From the human T2T-CHM13v2.0 reference genome, Homo sapiens: a stretch of DNA of 64,000 nt. Every line of letters begins with the position of its first letter. The first letter of the stretch is position 1. The notes under the pieces were generated by a model. The model did no database searches and was not told where the DNA came from. It saw only the letters and a list, made by a program, of their open reading frames with translations. Positions 26,306 to 43,739 of this stretch are shown here, in pieces. The position numbers were made by a program, and so were the translations under genes. Where the stretch lies: the NCBI RefSeq assembly GCF_009914755.1, contig NC_060947.1, one strand, 5' to 3'.

Positions 26306-26440
26306 TTTTAATTAGTATTTGTATACATTTAAGGGGTACAAGTACAACTTTGTTACTTGAATATATCTTGTGGTGGTGAAGTCTGGGCTTTTAGTGTAAC
26401 CATCATCCAAATAATGTATACTGTATCCATTAATTTCTCA

Positions 26441-28587
<2,147 letters not shown>

Positions 28588-28717
28588 TAATTTCTCATCC
28601 CTTACTCCACTCCCACTCTCCCACCCTTCCAAGTCTCTAATGTCTATCATTCCACACTCTGTCCATGTGCACACATTACTTAGCTCCCACTTATAAGTTA
28701 GAACATGCAGTATTTGT

Positions 28718-28808
28718 TTTTCCGTTTCTGAGTTGTTTCACTTAAGATTTTCTGTTTCTGAGTTGTTTCACTTAAGATTTTCTGTTTCTGAGTTGTTTCA
28801 CTTAAGAT
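28718..28808. repeat. 30-bp tandem repeat x3
   Basis: TTTTCTGTTTCTGAGTTGTTTCACTTAAGA three times, one mismatch in the first copy. Confidence 0.97.
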
Positions 28809-28900
28809 AATGGCCTCCAGTTCCTTCCATGTTGCTGCAAAAAACATGATTGCATTCTTTTTGTGGCTGACTAGTATTACATTGTGTGTATATATCACAA

Positions 28901-31177
<2,277 letters not shown>

Positions 31178-31644
31178 TTATTCAGTCATCTGCTGGATAC
31201 TTAGGTTGCATCCATATCTTTGCTATTGTGAATAGTGCTGTAATAAACATACCCATGCAAAATCATTATATTTCGATATATTTATTTCTTTTCCTTTGGG
31301 TAGATACTCAGTAGTGGGATTGGTGGTTAAAATGGTAGTACTATTTTTAGTCATTTGAGAAATCTTCATACTGTTTTCCATAGAGGTTGTACTAATTTAC
31401 ATTCCCACCAGAGTGTATAACAGTTCCATTTTCTCTGCATCCTTATCAACATCTATTATTTTTTGACTTTTTAGGAATAGCCATTTTGACTGGTGTAAGA
31501 TGATATCTCATTGTGGTTTTGTCATTTCTCTCATGATTAGTGATGTTGAACATTTTTTCATCTGCTTGTTGGCCGTTTGTATTTCTTCTTTTGAAATATG
31601 TCTATTCATGTCCTTTGCCTACTTTAATGGGCTTATTTCGGGCT

Positions 31645-31940
<296 letters not shown>

Positions 31941-32428
31941 TATTTGGGGCTGTTTATAATTGTTGAGTTCCTTGTAAATTTTGGATATTAGTTTCCTGTT
32001 GGATGCATAATTGCAGATATTTTTTCCCATGCTGCAGGTTGTCTTTTCACTCTGTTCATTCTTTCTTTTGCTGTGCAGAAGCTTTTTATTTAAATTAATC
32101 CCATTTGTCTATTTTTGGTTTTGTTGCTTGTACTTTTGAGGTCTTAGTCATCAGTTCTTTCCCTAGACCAATGTCCAGGGGAGTTTTCCCTAGGTTTTCT
32201 TTTAGCATTTTTTTTTCATAATTTCAGATCTTACATTTAAGCCTTTAATCCACCTTGAGTTGGTTTTTGTATGTGGTAAGAGATAGGGGTCCAGTTTTGT
32301 TTTTCTGCATATGGCAATTCAATTTTCCCAGCGCCATTTATTGGAAAGGGTGTCCTCTACCTTGTGTATATTTTTGTTGACTTTGTCAAAGATCAGTTGG
32401 CTGTAGATATGTAGCTTTATTTCTGAGT

Positions 32429-32570
32429 CTTTAATATTTTGATGTAAAGTTTATAATTTCCAGCATAATCATAATTTTCCCTGTTGATTGTTAAGATCAC
32501 TTTGCACAGTTTCAGCTTGCAAGGTCACTTTTACAGTCCTGAGCTACTGTGCAAAGGATGACTTCCTGCA
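32429..32570 (+). mobile_element. Tigger13a-like DNA transposon, right end
   Basis: TAATTTTCCCTGTTGATTGTTAAGATCACTTTGCACAGTTTCAGCTTGCAAGGTCACTTTTACAGTCC...GCAAAGGATGACTTCCTG. Confidence 0.72.
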
Positions 32571-34289
32571 CTTAAAATTAGGCAGAAGAGGAATAAAACC
32601 TAGGTCTGTTGTTTTTCTTGCATTCTGTTTGATGTTCCCACTTCAGGATATACATAAAATTCAAGCATTTTGCATTATAAGTTCTGACTTTTGGGAAATT
32701 GCAGTGCAGTGAAATGGACACCATTTCTCTCCTTTCTCTGGCAGTCAATTCAACTAAAACAGGTGGTGAGGAACAGAGTATTGTACTCATGAAACATGAG
32801 AGAGAATTTTGATGACATCTGGAAGAATGTTATCTAATGCTAATGCTGATTTTCTTGTGTGCTTCATGATTGCCCGTTGGTGGAGCGGAGCAGTACTCTT
32901 AATACCGTCAAGAACAATTTTCTCCTTGAGTAATCTTGTCTAAAAGTGTTCTCCCTGATTAGTTATTTTTCATCATTATTAGAATTTAAGTACTGTATTT
33001 AAGTCAGACTTATACAATCTGGGATGTAACCTGTAGTTGTCATTGTAAAAAGATAAACAGACACGAAACTCTTATACACCTGATTAAATGAAAGGAAACC
33101 AAGAATAAGAGATATTTATACAAAGATATTAATATGAATATTCGCATGCATGCTGCATAACCCACCAAGCTGGTTCTACAATAGAATGCACTAAAATATT
33201 CTATATTTTATGACAGTCTCTCTTAACGAAATGAAATTATTTCTATTAACTATTTGAAAGTATGTTGGTTAGCTATAAAATTGCACTAGTAGTTCTCAGG
33301 GATTTTTCTCTCTAAACATCCCCAAAGTTGGGGCACTGTTGTGTCATTAACAAGGCTCCCAACATCAGTGTCGCTTTCACTCGAAGAGGGCAACAAAAAT
33401 CTCTGAAGGAGATCATAGTTTGAACCACCGTCCAGGTGGGTTTGACATGGTGACCCTCCTAATGAGTTGTCCCCCCTCCCCTCACCACACACATGCTATA
33501 GTTGGGTCACTGATCTGGAGCATGCAAGAGTTGATAAAATTCCAGCATCCTTCACATTTGAAGACTTGGAGTCCATGTTGCAGCTTACCTCTGCTTAACC
33601 TCTAATGTGCATTTAACCTAGAGCTCTGTATTTCCTCCTCTGAAATGCCTCTGCCCTGGGTTTTCTAATAGATTAAATAGAATAATTCACACACACATGC
33701 TTTTAGCTGTTAATTGGAGATATGTTTTGTGTGAGATATATCTTTCTACCAAAATGTCTACCTGTCTAAAACTTTCCATTAGGATTTGCAAGATTGGGTT
33801 AAACCATTTATGAACTGTCTTATGTTAAGCACAAATTCCCTAGAAGATTGCATTCATCCTCAAAGTAAATTTATTTTTAATATTATTTAACAATGTCCTG
33901 AGGAAATGGGACAGATAAAAAGTCAATTTAGTGTTGGAGAAGGAAATAATACGTCTAAAATATAGGGGTATGTTGCAGGAAAATTTTCCCTGAGCCGACG
34001 TCATTAATTTGTAGCCCTCTATGTCACTTTCCTCAGCACATCCAAATGGTTCGTCTGAACTAAGCACTTTAAGAGTTGGCTCTTACAAATCCAGTAAATA
34101 ATACTATTCATTGGTATGGGAACAAATGACAGAAGCAGAGTTGATATGATGAGCCAGCCATGGTGTCTCCTAATCCTGATCCCAGAGTGGACATGTAACA
34201 TTGTATCTGTATAATGTGGATGATACCAGTTGGGAGATAATTCTCCATGACTACTTTCATTTTTCTACATGGTTCAGGTTTTCTAAGCA

Positions 34290-34650
34290 AAGGCCTTGGA
34301 AACTAGAGCTATTGTTTCCCTAAAGTTCGAGCCATTGGCCTACACATTCAGGGTGGTGAAGCTAGAGACCTTCCCCTACCCCATAATGGGTGAGATTGCT
34401 TAATGAGTCATCTTTCTCCCTTTTTGGAGGGGAGGATGGGCAGAAGTGCCAGCAGGAGATAGATATCAGCTTCAGGTCTCCTAATTGTTGGGTTACAGGT
34501 AACATGTGGTGTTCATTCCATTGCCCCATGGGGATTAGGGCTTGGGGAACTGGTGCTTAGATTACTCTGGCTGTTTTTGTCCTAGTTAATAGATTGTCTG
34601 TTCTCTAATCCAGAAAGCCTCTTGCCTCCCATCAGAACAAGCCAGATAAG
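34290..34650 (+). mobile_element. possible ancient ERVL LTR (MER74/MER54-like)
   Basis: GGGGATTAGGGCTTGGGGAACTGGTGC...ACTCTGGCT...TCTCTAATCCAGAAAGCCTCTTGCCTCC. Confidence 0.4.
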
Positions 34651-34769
34651 ATCTCAGACTCTTCCGTTTCTGACTTAATATGTACTGAGTGGAGTTGTTA
34701 TGGGTGTTTGATCATATAGGCATGGAGGAGCTAAAAGTTTTAGTTTCCTCTTACCTTTCCCAATGATAA

Positions 34770-35040
34770 ACTAATAGGAGCTAACCATTGTTATGTTTTA
34801 TTATGGGGCAGACATCGTGTTAAGTATTTTCCATGCACTTTCTTATTTAATTCTCAAAACAACATTAGGAGGCAAGTAAACCACTATGCAGATTTTTTTT
34901 TTTTAAGATGAGGACACTAAGGCTCAGAGAGTTGAATTAACTTGTTCAGAGCCACAAGGGCTTGTCAGTGGCAAAGCAGGAATTCAACTCAGTCCCTGAG
35001 AAAGCAGCATCTAAATCCCTAACCACTTATACTTTCATGC
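34770..35040 (-). mobile_element. MIR SINE
   Basis: ATTTAATTCTCAAAACAAC...AGATGAGGACACTAAGGCTCAGAGAGTTGAATTAACTTGTTCAGAGCCACA. Confidence 0.85.
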
Positions 35041-36063
35041 TCCTGGGATGCAATCTCTGATTTTCCTATAGATTTGTAGAACATGACCCTGTAAACATAA
35101 GGTTACAAAAGAACCATTTGAGCCATTTGATGCTACCCTATTTAATAATTTATATGGTCTTGTGCACATGGGTATTTCCTTATTTAGAGTCTAATCTATG
35201 AAGTTAATGGGGGTGAAACTACATCAGAATTGCCATCTGCCAGCCTCCCTACTGCAGTATGACATTAACATGGTAATGGCTGATTCCCAATAGGGAGTCT
35301 GTTAAAAATTATCCAGGGCCTTTGCAAAGCCGCCAGCACTCCTGACTGACCACTGTGATCTTGGAAATCTACTTATTCCAACAAAATATTATAATAAGCC
35401 CTCTACATTTGAGGATTAGGAAAAACTGTTTCAAATGGCTTAGTTAAAAGCTGAGAGGGAGAGAGAAAGGGAGAGAAAGGGGGATAAGGAAAGAAAACAA
35501 AAGAAAAAAGAACATGGGCAGGGAGTGGGAGGGAGTAGCAAGAAAGGAAAGAGGGGGAGGAAGCTGAGGGAGCAAGGTAACAGGGCTGGTCAAAGTTGGT
35601 ATTGATTGAGGATTTAAGGAAATGGACCAGGGGACAGCAAATTAGAAATACATAATGCATAGAGAATCTACCTTCTGGACCAGTCCTAGATCTAAGATCT
35701 CACAGAAAGCCTGGAATCCACAAGTTTACTTTTAGTGCTAGAAAAGTTTTCATGAAACTCTGCAGAAAGGCCTGGGAAATTTTCTTTTAGGATCACGTCT
35801 ACCCTAAAGAAATCAGCAAGGTGTTTTCCATAGCCCGAGGTAGGACTTCTAGACTCCTGATTTTCCAGATTATTCTTCTGTCAAATAATGCCAATATAAA
35901 GAGAAAATTAGAGGGGGAAAATACCACTATTAGGGAAAGAAAAGTAGGTAGAAAGTTCTTGAAAAATAGCCAAAGCAAAGAAAGACACCATGAGTGATTG
36001 GGAGTTATAGGGAACTTTTAAAATTTGAGGTTCAAAAAAAATACTACCTGAAAAAGAAAGTAG

Positions 36064-36255
36064 CTCCTCCTCTTCCTCCTCCTCCTCCCCCTCCTCTCCT
36101 CCTCCTCTCCTCCTCCTCCTCCTTCTGTCCTCCTCCTCCTCCCTCTCCCTCTCCTTCTCTTTCTCTTTCTCCTTCTTCTTCTCTTCTTCCTTCTTTCTTT
36201 CTTCTTCTCCTTCTCCCTCTTCTTCTCTTTCTTTCTTCTTCCTCCTCCTTTTTTG
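36064..36255. repeat. (CCT)n/(CTT)n pyrimidine tract
   Basis: About 190 bp almost purely C/T. Confidence 0.95.
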
Positions 36256-36660
36256 CATTTCCATATTGCCTTGGAGATCAGGAACAGTAGGGAGCTGCTA
36301 GACCAAGTTCTCTATCTCTCTGAGACCTTATAAGGTTTGAGGGAATCCGCTCTGTCAAATAGCTCACCTGAATTGCAAACGAGATTTTGCAGATGATTAT
36401 AGACATCTAAAACTCCAGGTTGTATTTACATGGGATCTTTGTTTTAAGAAACATTAATCTGCATATGTAACAAAATAGACTAAGGCTGTGTTTGTGTTTG
36501 CTACACATTTCTCCAATACATCATCACAGTTTCCAAACTGTCAAGGTACAGATGGGTAACAAACTTCCTACCCTTGTCCAAAAGGAGAACTATGAGACAT
36601 CCCAATTTATGTTTCTAGGGCTTTCAGTGAGAAATGCTGGGTCACATCAGATTTCTTCAA

Positions 36661-37240
36661 TGTATTCATTTCCTACTGCAGGTGTAACAAAATGCCACAA
36701 ACTTAGTGGCTTAATGTAATACAAATTTATCTTATAGTTCTGGATGTCAGAAGTCTAAAATAGATCCACAGGGCTGCATTTCTTCTAAGGTTCTAGGGGA
36801 GAATTTGTTTCTTTGCCTTTTCCAGCTTCTGGAGGTTGCCCACATTTCTTGGCTCATAGCCCCTTCCTTCCTCTTCAAAGCCAGCAGTGTAGCAACGTCT
36901 CTCCTCTGGAACTCCGCTTGTATCATTATATTCTCTCTCTCTCTCTGTCTCTCTCTCTCTCTGTCTCTCTCTCTCTGTCTCTCTCTCTCTCTCTCTCCCT
37001 CTCCCTCCCTCTCCCTCTCCCCCCTCCCTCTCTTTCTCTCTTTCTTCACCCCCCTCTCTAATAAGAACCCCATGTGATTATATTGAACTCACTTGAATAA
37101 TTCAGGATAATCCTCTCATCTCAAAACCCTTAACTCAATCACATTTCTAAAGTCTCTTTTACCATGTCAGGTAACATAGTCACAGATTCGGGGGATTAGG
37201 GTATGAACATCTGTGGAGTCATTATTCAGCTTATCGAATG
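36661..37240 (-). mobile_element. MLT1C/D MaLR LTR with internal (CT)n at ~36932-37045
   Basis: TGTATTCATTTCCTACTGCAGGTGTAACAAAATGCCACAAACTTAGTGGCTTAA ... GGTAACATAGTCACAGATTCGGGGGATTAGG. Confidence 0.9.
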
Positions 37241-37544
37241 CAGTCTTACATGAGGGTGACATGTTAAAATTCAAGTTATATGAATACATTTTCCATTAAA
37301 AAACATATGTATTAATATCTCATATATTGATGTAAAAATATATATTCTCTTTAGCACTTATTATAGCTGTTTTAATGTCATTTGAGTTTTGGTTCTCCAG
37401 CTGAAAGGCATGGAATATGTAGTCCAGAAAACAGAGGTGCTGCTATATTTTTCTTATTTCTTGACTTGTAATTTATTAGCTAAGAAATTCTTCTCAGGCC
37501 ACATGCCTGGATAAAAGAATAGTGGCAGGGTCCTTAGTTCTCAA

Positions 37545-37652
37545 TATCGATCTATAGATATCTAGATATTGACATACAGATATTCAAATATTGATGTACA
37601 GATGTAGGATTTGTTCTAAATATTGACATACATCTAGATATTGACATACAGA
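37545..37652. repeat. degenerate tandem repeat of (T)CTAGATATTGACATACA-like units
   Basis: AGATATTGACATACA / AAATATTGATGTACA / AAATATTGACATACA / AGATATTGACATACA. Confidence 0.75.
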
Positions 37653-37694
37653 GATTTCAGTAACAGTAAAAATACAACACCTATCTATAATTGA

Positions 37695-38138
<444 letters not shown>

Positions 38139-38351
38139 TAACTTGCTCAAAGTAAAAAACTGATTGTAGTTAGTTGCAATCTCAAGAGAAAGACCTACTG
38201 TTCTTTCAGAAAGGGGAGTGTGGAGACCCCTCCCCAGTCATATGCAGACACAAATTCGTGTTCTTTAATTTGGCTGATGAGTTTTTTAAGGCACAGGCAA
38301 GATCTCTGAATGGGAGTTAACCAGTTGCATTTTGAAAATATGAAGCATCTG

Positions 38352-38632
<281 letters not shown>

Positions 38633-39709
38633 GGAGAAGGAGAAGGAGATCTGTATGAACATTAGATACTTCAAACATAGTTCATCTTTGTTACTCCCCA
38701 GTCTTCCCTCCTCCCCTCTTCATTTTATTTTAGTTTATTATTTTATTTTATTTTTGAGTTGCCTCAGTTCTTGTAGTTGAAATGGCTTGACAGTCATTAC
38801 TGTTGTGTGAATTTGCTGTTTGATTTGATTGTTTCCTCAGTTCTCACAAATGATGGTAACCTCTCCTTGTTGCCTTCCTCTTTTTTTTAAGCTACTGAAA
38901 AAAGCTCTCTCCCTGAACATCACGCCACTGGCCAGATTAAACATATTGATATGAAAGAAATAACTTGAAGGCCACACCACTTGAGTGAGAGTAAACAGTG
39001 GTGAGTGGGGGCTCCACTGGTTAGCCTCAGGGGCTGAGTTGATGGTCTTTGGTATTATTCAACTCAAATCCAAGGGATCATCAATAATGATGACGATAAA
39101 ATAGCCTCAATAATAGGGTAGAAAATTGATAGAGACCTTTTGGATGAGTGGCTTTCAAAGCCCCAGGAAAATTAACTGATAGTCCCTAGGGGAGTGCCTC
39201 CTACGGAGAGCAATTCTGAAAGAAATTTGCAGACTTCTATTTAGACTGGCTGCCTGGGGAGGAAGGGAAGGAGCAATGAGAGGCAGGAGAGGGAAGGTGG
39301 AGAGGTGAAGTAGGGGTGATACTTCAAAGGGAAATCCTTAGGTTTCAAATCAACATTCCAAAGTTATCACAAACAGGTTTGCGTGTTTGCAAAAGAGTCT
39401 TCCTTCCTGGAGCTTCCTTCAAGTGCACCCTTGTTTGACCTTCTGCATATTTGTACATTTTCTCTAATTTCATTTAAAATATAACCCAAGGTGGGTTAAG
39501 AGAGTCCACACGTCATTCCCCTTTCACTTCCAGAGAGCAGCTCTTAGTCCAAGTCATCAAGAGAGCTGAGGCCCTGTGATCTGTCCTGTTGCCTTTGTCT
39601 GGAGACCAGGCCAAAAACTTGTAATGAATATTCAAATACTAATTTATATTCTTGTTTATCTTGTACAAAAACACAAAACTGTGCATCCTTCTAGGTTCTT
39701 TTCCTGACA

Positions 39710-39940
39710 TTGTAGAGAAGTGAAAAGAACATTGGACTTGGAGTCGAAAGATGTGGGTCCACCACTTGACACTCTACTTATTAGTCATGGGACCTCTCTG
39801 AACCTCAGTGTTCTCATTTATACAACGGGGAAAATAATGTCTATCAGGAAGTATTATTATGAAAATCAAAAGCAATTGTGCTTGTGAAGGCTTTTGACAA
39901 ATTATTTAGTGCAATGCAGATATAAGTATTTATTGTTGCA
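39710..39940 (+). mobile_element. MIR SINE
   Basis: GAACATTGGACTTGGAGTCGAAAGATGTGGGT...CTCTCTGAACCTCAGTGTTCTCATTTATACAACGGGGAAAATAAT. Confidence 0.82.
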
Positions 39941-40379
39941 TCAGAAAGGAACCAGGCAGTTTTGGAGACTTACAAAATTTAAAGGAACTAGCGTGGAGAA
40001 AGTCCCTGAGATAACAAAGAACCACAAATATATAGGGAACAATAGGAAACCATAAATTGTTTTAGAGCTTTAAAGAACCTTAGGAACATCCCTCAAGTTA
40101 CAGATAAGGAGTTTGAGGCACTACGTTTTACCAGGTCCAACACTTCATAGGTCTAGACGTCAGGTCTTCTATTTCCCAATTCAATGCTTGTTCTGTAGTA
40201 AAACAGAGTTCCAAAGGATTAATAAAGGGCCCCTTAGGCTGTCCTTTTCAAAATGTCTACACATGGTCATATATGCAAACCCCCAAATAAACAACTGTTG
40301 GAAGTAAAACCTTGGAAAAAGTAAAGAGCTAAAGGTTATACACTCAGAGTGCATTCCTAACAAATGGCAATCAATAGAT

Positions 40380-40790
40380 TAGCTCATTAAGCAAATTTTA
40401 CTTGCACTATAGCTTTAATTATGGCACTATGTTGAAATTGTATAACCTCCTATGAAGCACACAAGAAAATAATCATTAGCATTAGATAACATTCTTACAG
40501 GAGACACAGTTCTTAAAGGACTCACAAACTAAGGAGTTTGTGATGTGAGTTTGTGAGTAATGAAGAGAGAAGAGACATATACTTCAATTACACAAAGTTC
40601 TGAAGCTTGGTTGTGTATAAGTTGGATAAGGGAGGGATGCTTTCTTGAGGGGTTGTGGGAAAAGCAACATGGTGGAGATAGTATTTAAGAAGGTCTTGGA
40701 GGACAGACAGAGCTTTCATGATTGGAGTTGAGTGGTAGCAGTGGTCCATCTGTTCAGGAGGAAGAGTTGCCTGGCTGGGGAAGACAAGCA
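40380..40790 (-). mobile_element. L2 fragment
   Basis: TCTTAAAGGACTCACAAACTAA...GGTGGAGATAGTATTTAAGAAGGTCTTGGAGGA. Confidence 0.5.
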
Positions 40791-41297
40791 GAGTGGCTGG
40801 GCTGGATCACTGGGTTTTTATTGGGGTGTTCTGGGAGAAAAGAAAAATAAATATGACAAATGAAAGCATATTCCATAAAGCATTCCTGATGTGTGAACCA
40901 CATCTAAAATAATTTCTATCATCACTATTCATATTTGCTATTATGAAGTCAAAGTCCTCTGGAAAATGTGTACTGTGAACGTAATGGGCTGTGGCAGCCA
41001 CAGATTTTGAGCACTTGTCATGTTTGCCCATCTTCCTTTTTCTGGATCCTTTACAAATCTCCTCTCTTCTGTATGATGCTAGTGGGGCTCTTTGTCACTC
41101 AAAGGGGAAGTAGCATACACCAAGTTTGACCAGCCATGGTACATTACACTAGACGTGGTGATTGGTTCAGAGAGGAGCATGGGGACCACACTGGACCAAT
41201 CAGAGTCATTTTCAACGAGAAGTCTTAGGAATGAGCAGCGTTTGCCCTTGAGTTTGCTAGAACAGGAGGAGGTAAATCTTGACTGGCATGTGGGAGT

Positions 41298-41793
41298 TAC
41301 AAAGACTCTCTCCTTCAACAAAATTTAGTTAGACTCCTCTGAGCCCTCTTCTCAACTAAACCTTGACCTTGGGCTTTTGTGCCTATTCTGTCCTTGGCTG
41401 GGCCTGCATTGCCCAATCTTAGCAAGAATTCTGCTAAGTCAGTTTGGCAAGAATCCCTCCACCTTTGATATCTAATCATCCTTGGTATCTGATCAAGTTC
41501 TTTAACCCCCACCATTGATGTATAAGTCCTTGATCTGCCTTTAGCAAGAATCCTGTTAGCTTGGCTTAGCAAGTATCTCCCTACCTTTGATGTCTTTTCT
41601 AAGTAATTTTCCATTCACTCACCTCCTCACCCTGCTCCTTGGCTATAAATCTCTACTTATCCTTGTTTACTGGAGTTGAGTCCAATCTCTCTATCCTATT
41701 ACAATAGAGTTGACCCTTACCTTACTGCAATAGTCTTGAATAAAATCTTCCTTGCCATTTTAACAAGTGTAGTGATAAATTTTTTCTTTAACA
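41298..41793 (+). mobile_element. MER31 ERV1 solo LTR
   Basis: ACAAAGACTCTCTCCTTCAACAAAATTTAGTTAGACTCCTCTGAGCCCTCTTCTCAACTA; TATA-like CTATAAAT, AATAAA, ends TTTAACA; GAGT on both flanks. Confidence 0.88.
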
Positions 41794-41796
41794 GAG

Positions 41797-42632
41797 TGTA
41801 GGTCCCCTCAGTTCCCCCACTTTCTTTCTGTGTCCTGGCTGAAAATCAGAGTGCCTTGACTGCTCTGTGACCCAGGCAGCTGCAGGTTTTTCCCATAGGC
41901 TTGAACTCAAACTGGGGCCTTGAAAATTCCCAGGCACAGGTGTGTGATGTTCCCCTTCCTGTGTCCAAGTGTTCTCATTGTTCAATTCCCACCTATGAGT
42001 GAGAACGTTCAATTCCCACCTATGAGTGAGAACAATGCGGTGTTTGTTTTTTTGTCCCTGCGATAGCTTGCTGAGAATGATGGTTTCCAGCTTCATCCTA
42101 ATGTAAATGACGAGTTAATGGGTGCAGCACACCAACATGGCACATATGTGACAAACCTGCACATTGTGCACATGTACCCTAGAACTTAAAGTATAATAAA
42201 AAAAAAAAAGAAATTGACCATGACATCATCACATATATCTGTTGTATTTAAATTTCAAGATTTCATCTATAAATGGATTAAACACTATACTTAAAAAAAA
42301 AAAAAAGAAAAAAGAAAATTCCCAGGCACAGATAAAGGTATCTAGGCTGTTTCCCAAAACACTGAAAGAAACTGGCCCTGGCCCTGAGCCAAATTCCTTA
42401 AACCCTGATCCCCTCACTGCCAACCTACCCACGTAGAACATCCTTTTTACCCCGCTGTCCATCATGAGGATATGCTGCAGCACTCTGTATGCAAGTTCCC
42501 CTAATGAATGCTTTGGGTGGCTCACCCTGGCATTTAGTGCTTTTTCTTTGGAATTCCAACCGGCCCCATCTCAGGACGGTTTGGGGCACTCCCTGTGGGA
42601 ACTCCCCTGCCACTGCTTTTGGGGCGATCCAG
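41797..42632 (+). mobile_element. ERV LTR (LTR47-like, family uncertain) split by an L1 insertion
   Basis: GAGTGCCTTGACTGCTCTGTGACCCAGGCAGCTGCAGG...CCCAGGCACAG|ATAAAGGTATCTAGGCTG...GAGCCAAATTCCTTAAACCC. Confidence 0.65.
41940..42313 (+). mobile_element. short L1PA4-like insertion with 5' inversion and 3' transduction
   Basis: Antisense L1 41940-42098, sense L1 3' end 42097-42197, polyA, ~83 bp non-L1, second polyA; perfect 18-bp TSD GAAAATTCCCAGGCACAG at 41922-41939 and 42314-42331. Confidence 0.95.
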
Positions 42633-43739
42633 TGCATTCAGCAGATGAAACACAGGGGCTAACAGAACTCAGCAGTGCTGAAAGATGGGGAGGCAGGGAA
42701 ATGACCACATTTGAGACCCTGTGCCCAAAAGCCAGATGCATCTAGGACTTTCTAGTTACGTGAGCCACTTGTCTCCTTTTTAATTAGCCTAGAGAGTATT
42801 GGGTTTCTTTCACTTGTCATTGAAAAAGTTTCAATAAATGTAACAAATTTTCATTGCTCCAGGAAACTAGACACAGAAAATTGGCCAAGGTAGTATCAAA
42901 GACAGAAATCCAAGAATGTCCAGATTTCCTCAGGCTCTCCTCCAATGGCATTGGGAATAACAGTTGGTATTTCTTATGAGTATTTTGTTCTTCCAAAAAA
43001 TTAACATTTTAAAAATATTTGTTGGAAGACAGATACTGAGCTACATGGTTTTACATAGGCCACTTTATTTAATCCTGCCTTTCACAGAAGTCCTTATTTT
43101 ACCTAATATATAGATAAGGCACTGAAGTCCAATGTGCTTTAATGCACATTGGACTGTGTGCCTTCAAATTCAAACCGTGGTTCTTTCCTCCACACTTCTC
43201 TAAATATCCTTTGACAAGGAATTTTTTTACTTTGTTTCTTTTTTCCCTTTGTTAAAAATTGGAGTGAAAATTTACAATTGCAGCCATTCTACATTGTTTC
43301 TTGATTAGTTTCTTCAAACTCATGCAAATATGATAGAAAAGAATGAAACAATCTTAAATTTATCATACTTGATTTCTGTCCTTCCTTTAGTAACAATAAA
43401 ATATATACCTAATAAAGTGAAAGGAGGCCTTAATGGGCAGAGACATTATATACTCCCTGGAAAGCTCTATGATGTTCCTAGGATTTTACTGCTTGATTGC
43501 ATTGAAGTGAGAGCCCAAAGTGTAGACATTTGCACAGCACAGGGACAACATTCCACAGCCCTCTCGTGAAAGCACTTTTACTAACTTTCAAACTGGACAA
43601 GCAAAGTTTCTGTTTTATGAGGGTTTTCCTTAGCCAATAACTATTGTGAATCTCTTTGAATCCTAAAGGCGTTAAGTTTCATAATTGGATACCAAAATTA
43701 TGTTCCCAATCTTAAATCTGAATAAAGTTACTTACTTTT

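Larger units (their letters stand above)
41070..42843 (+). mobile_element. MLT1J/K-like LTR split by MER31 and a second LTR (parts ~41070-41293 and ~42633-42843)
   Basis: GATTGGTTCAGAGAGGAGCATGGGGACCACACTGGACCAATCAGAG; resumes with GGACTTTCTAGTTACGTGAGCCA...TGGGTTTCTTTCACTTG. Confidence 0.65.

Noticed and set aside
28718-28808. 30-bp repeats as a CRISPR-like array
   Set aside because: Head-to-tail units with no spacers, derived from L1 sequence, in a primate genome.
35908-37077. ORFs rich in E/R/K or L/S/P (35908-36264, 35994-36290, 36747-37077)
   Set aside because: They result from stop-free CT/GA low-complexity tracts.
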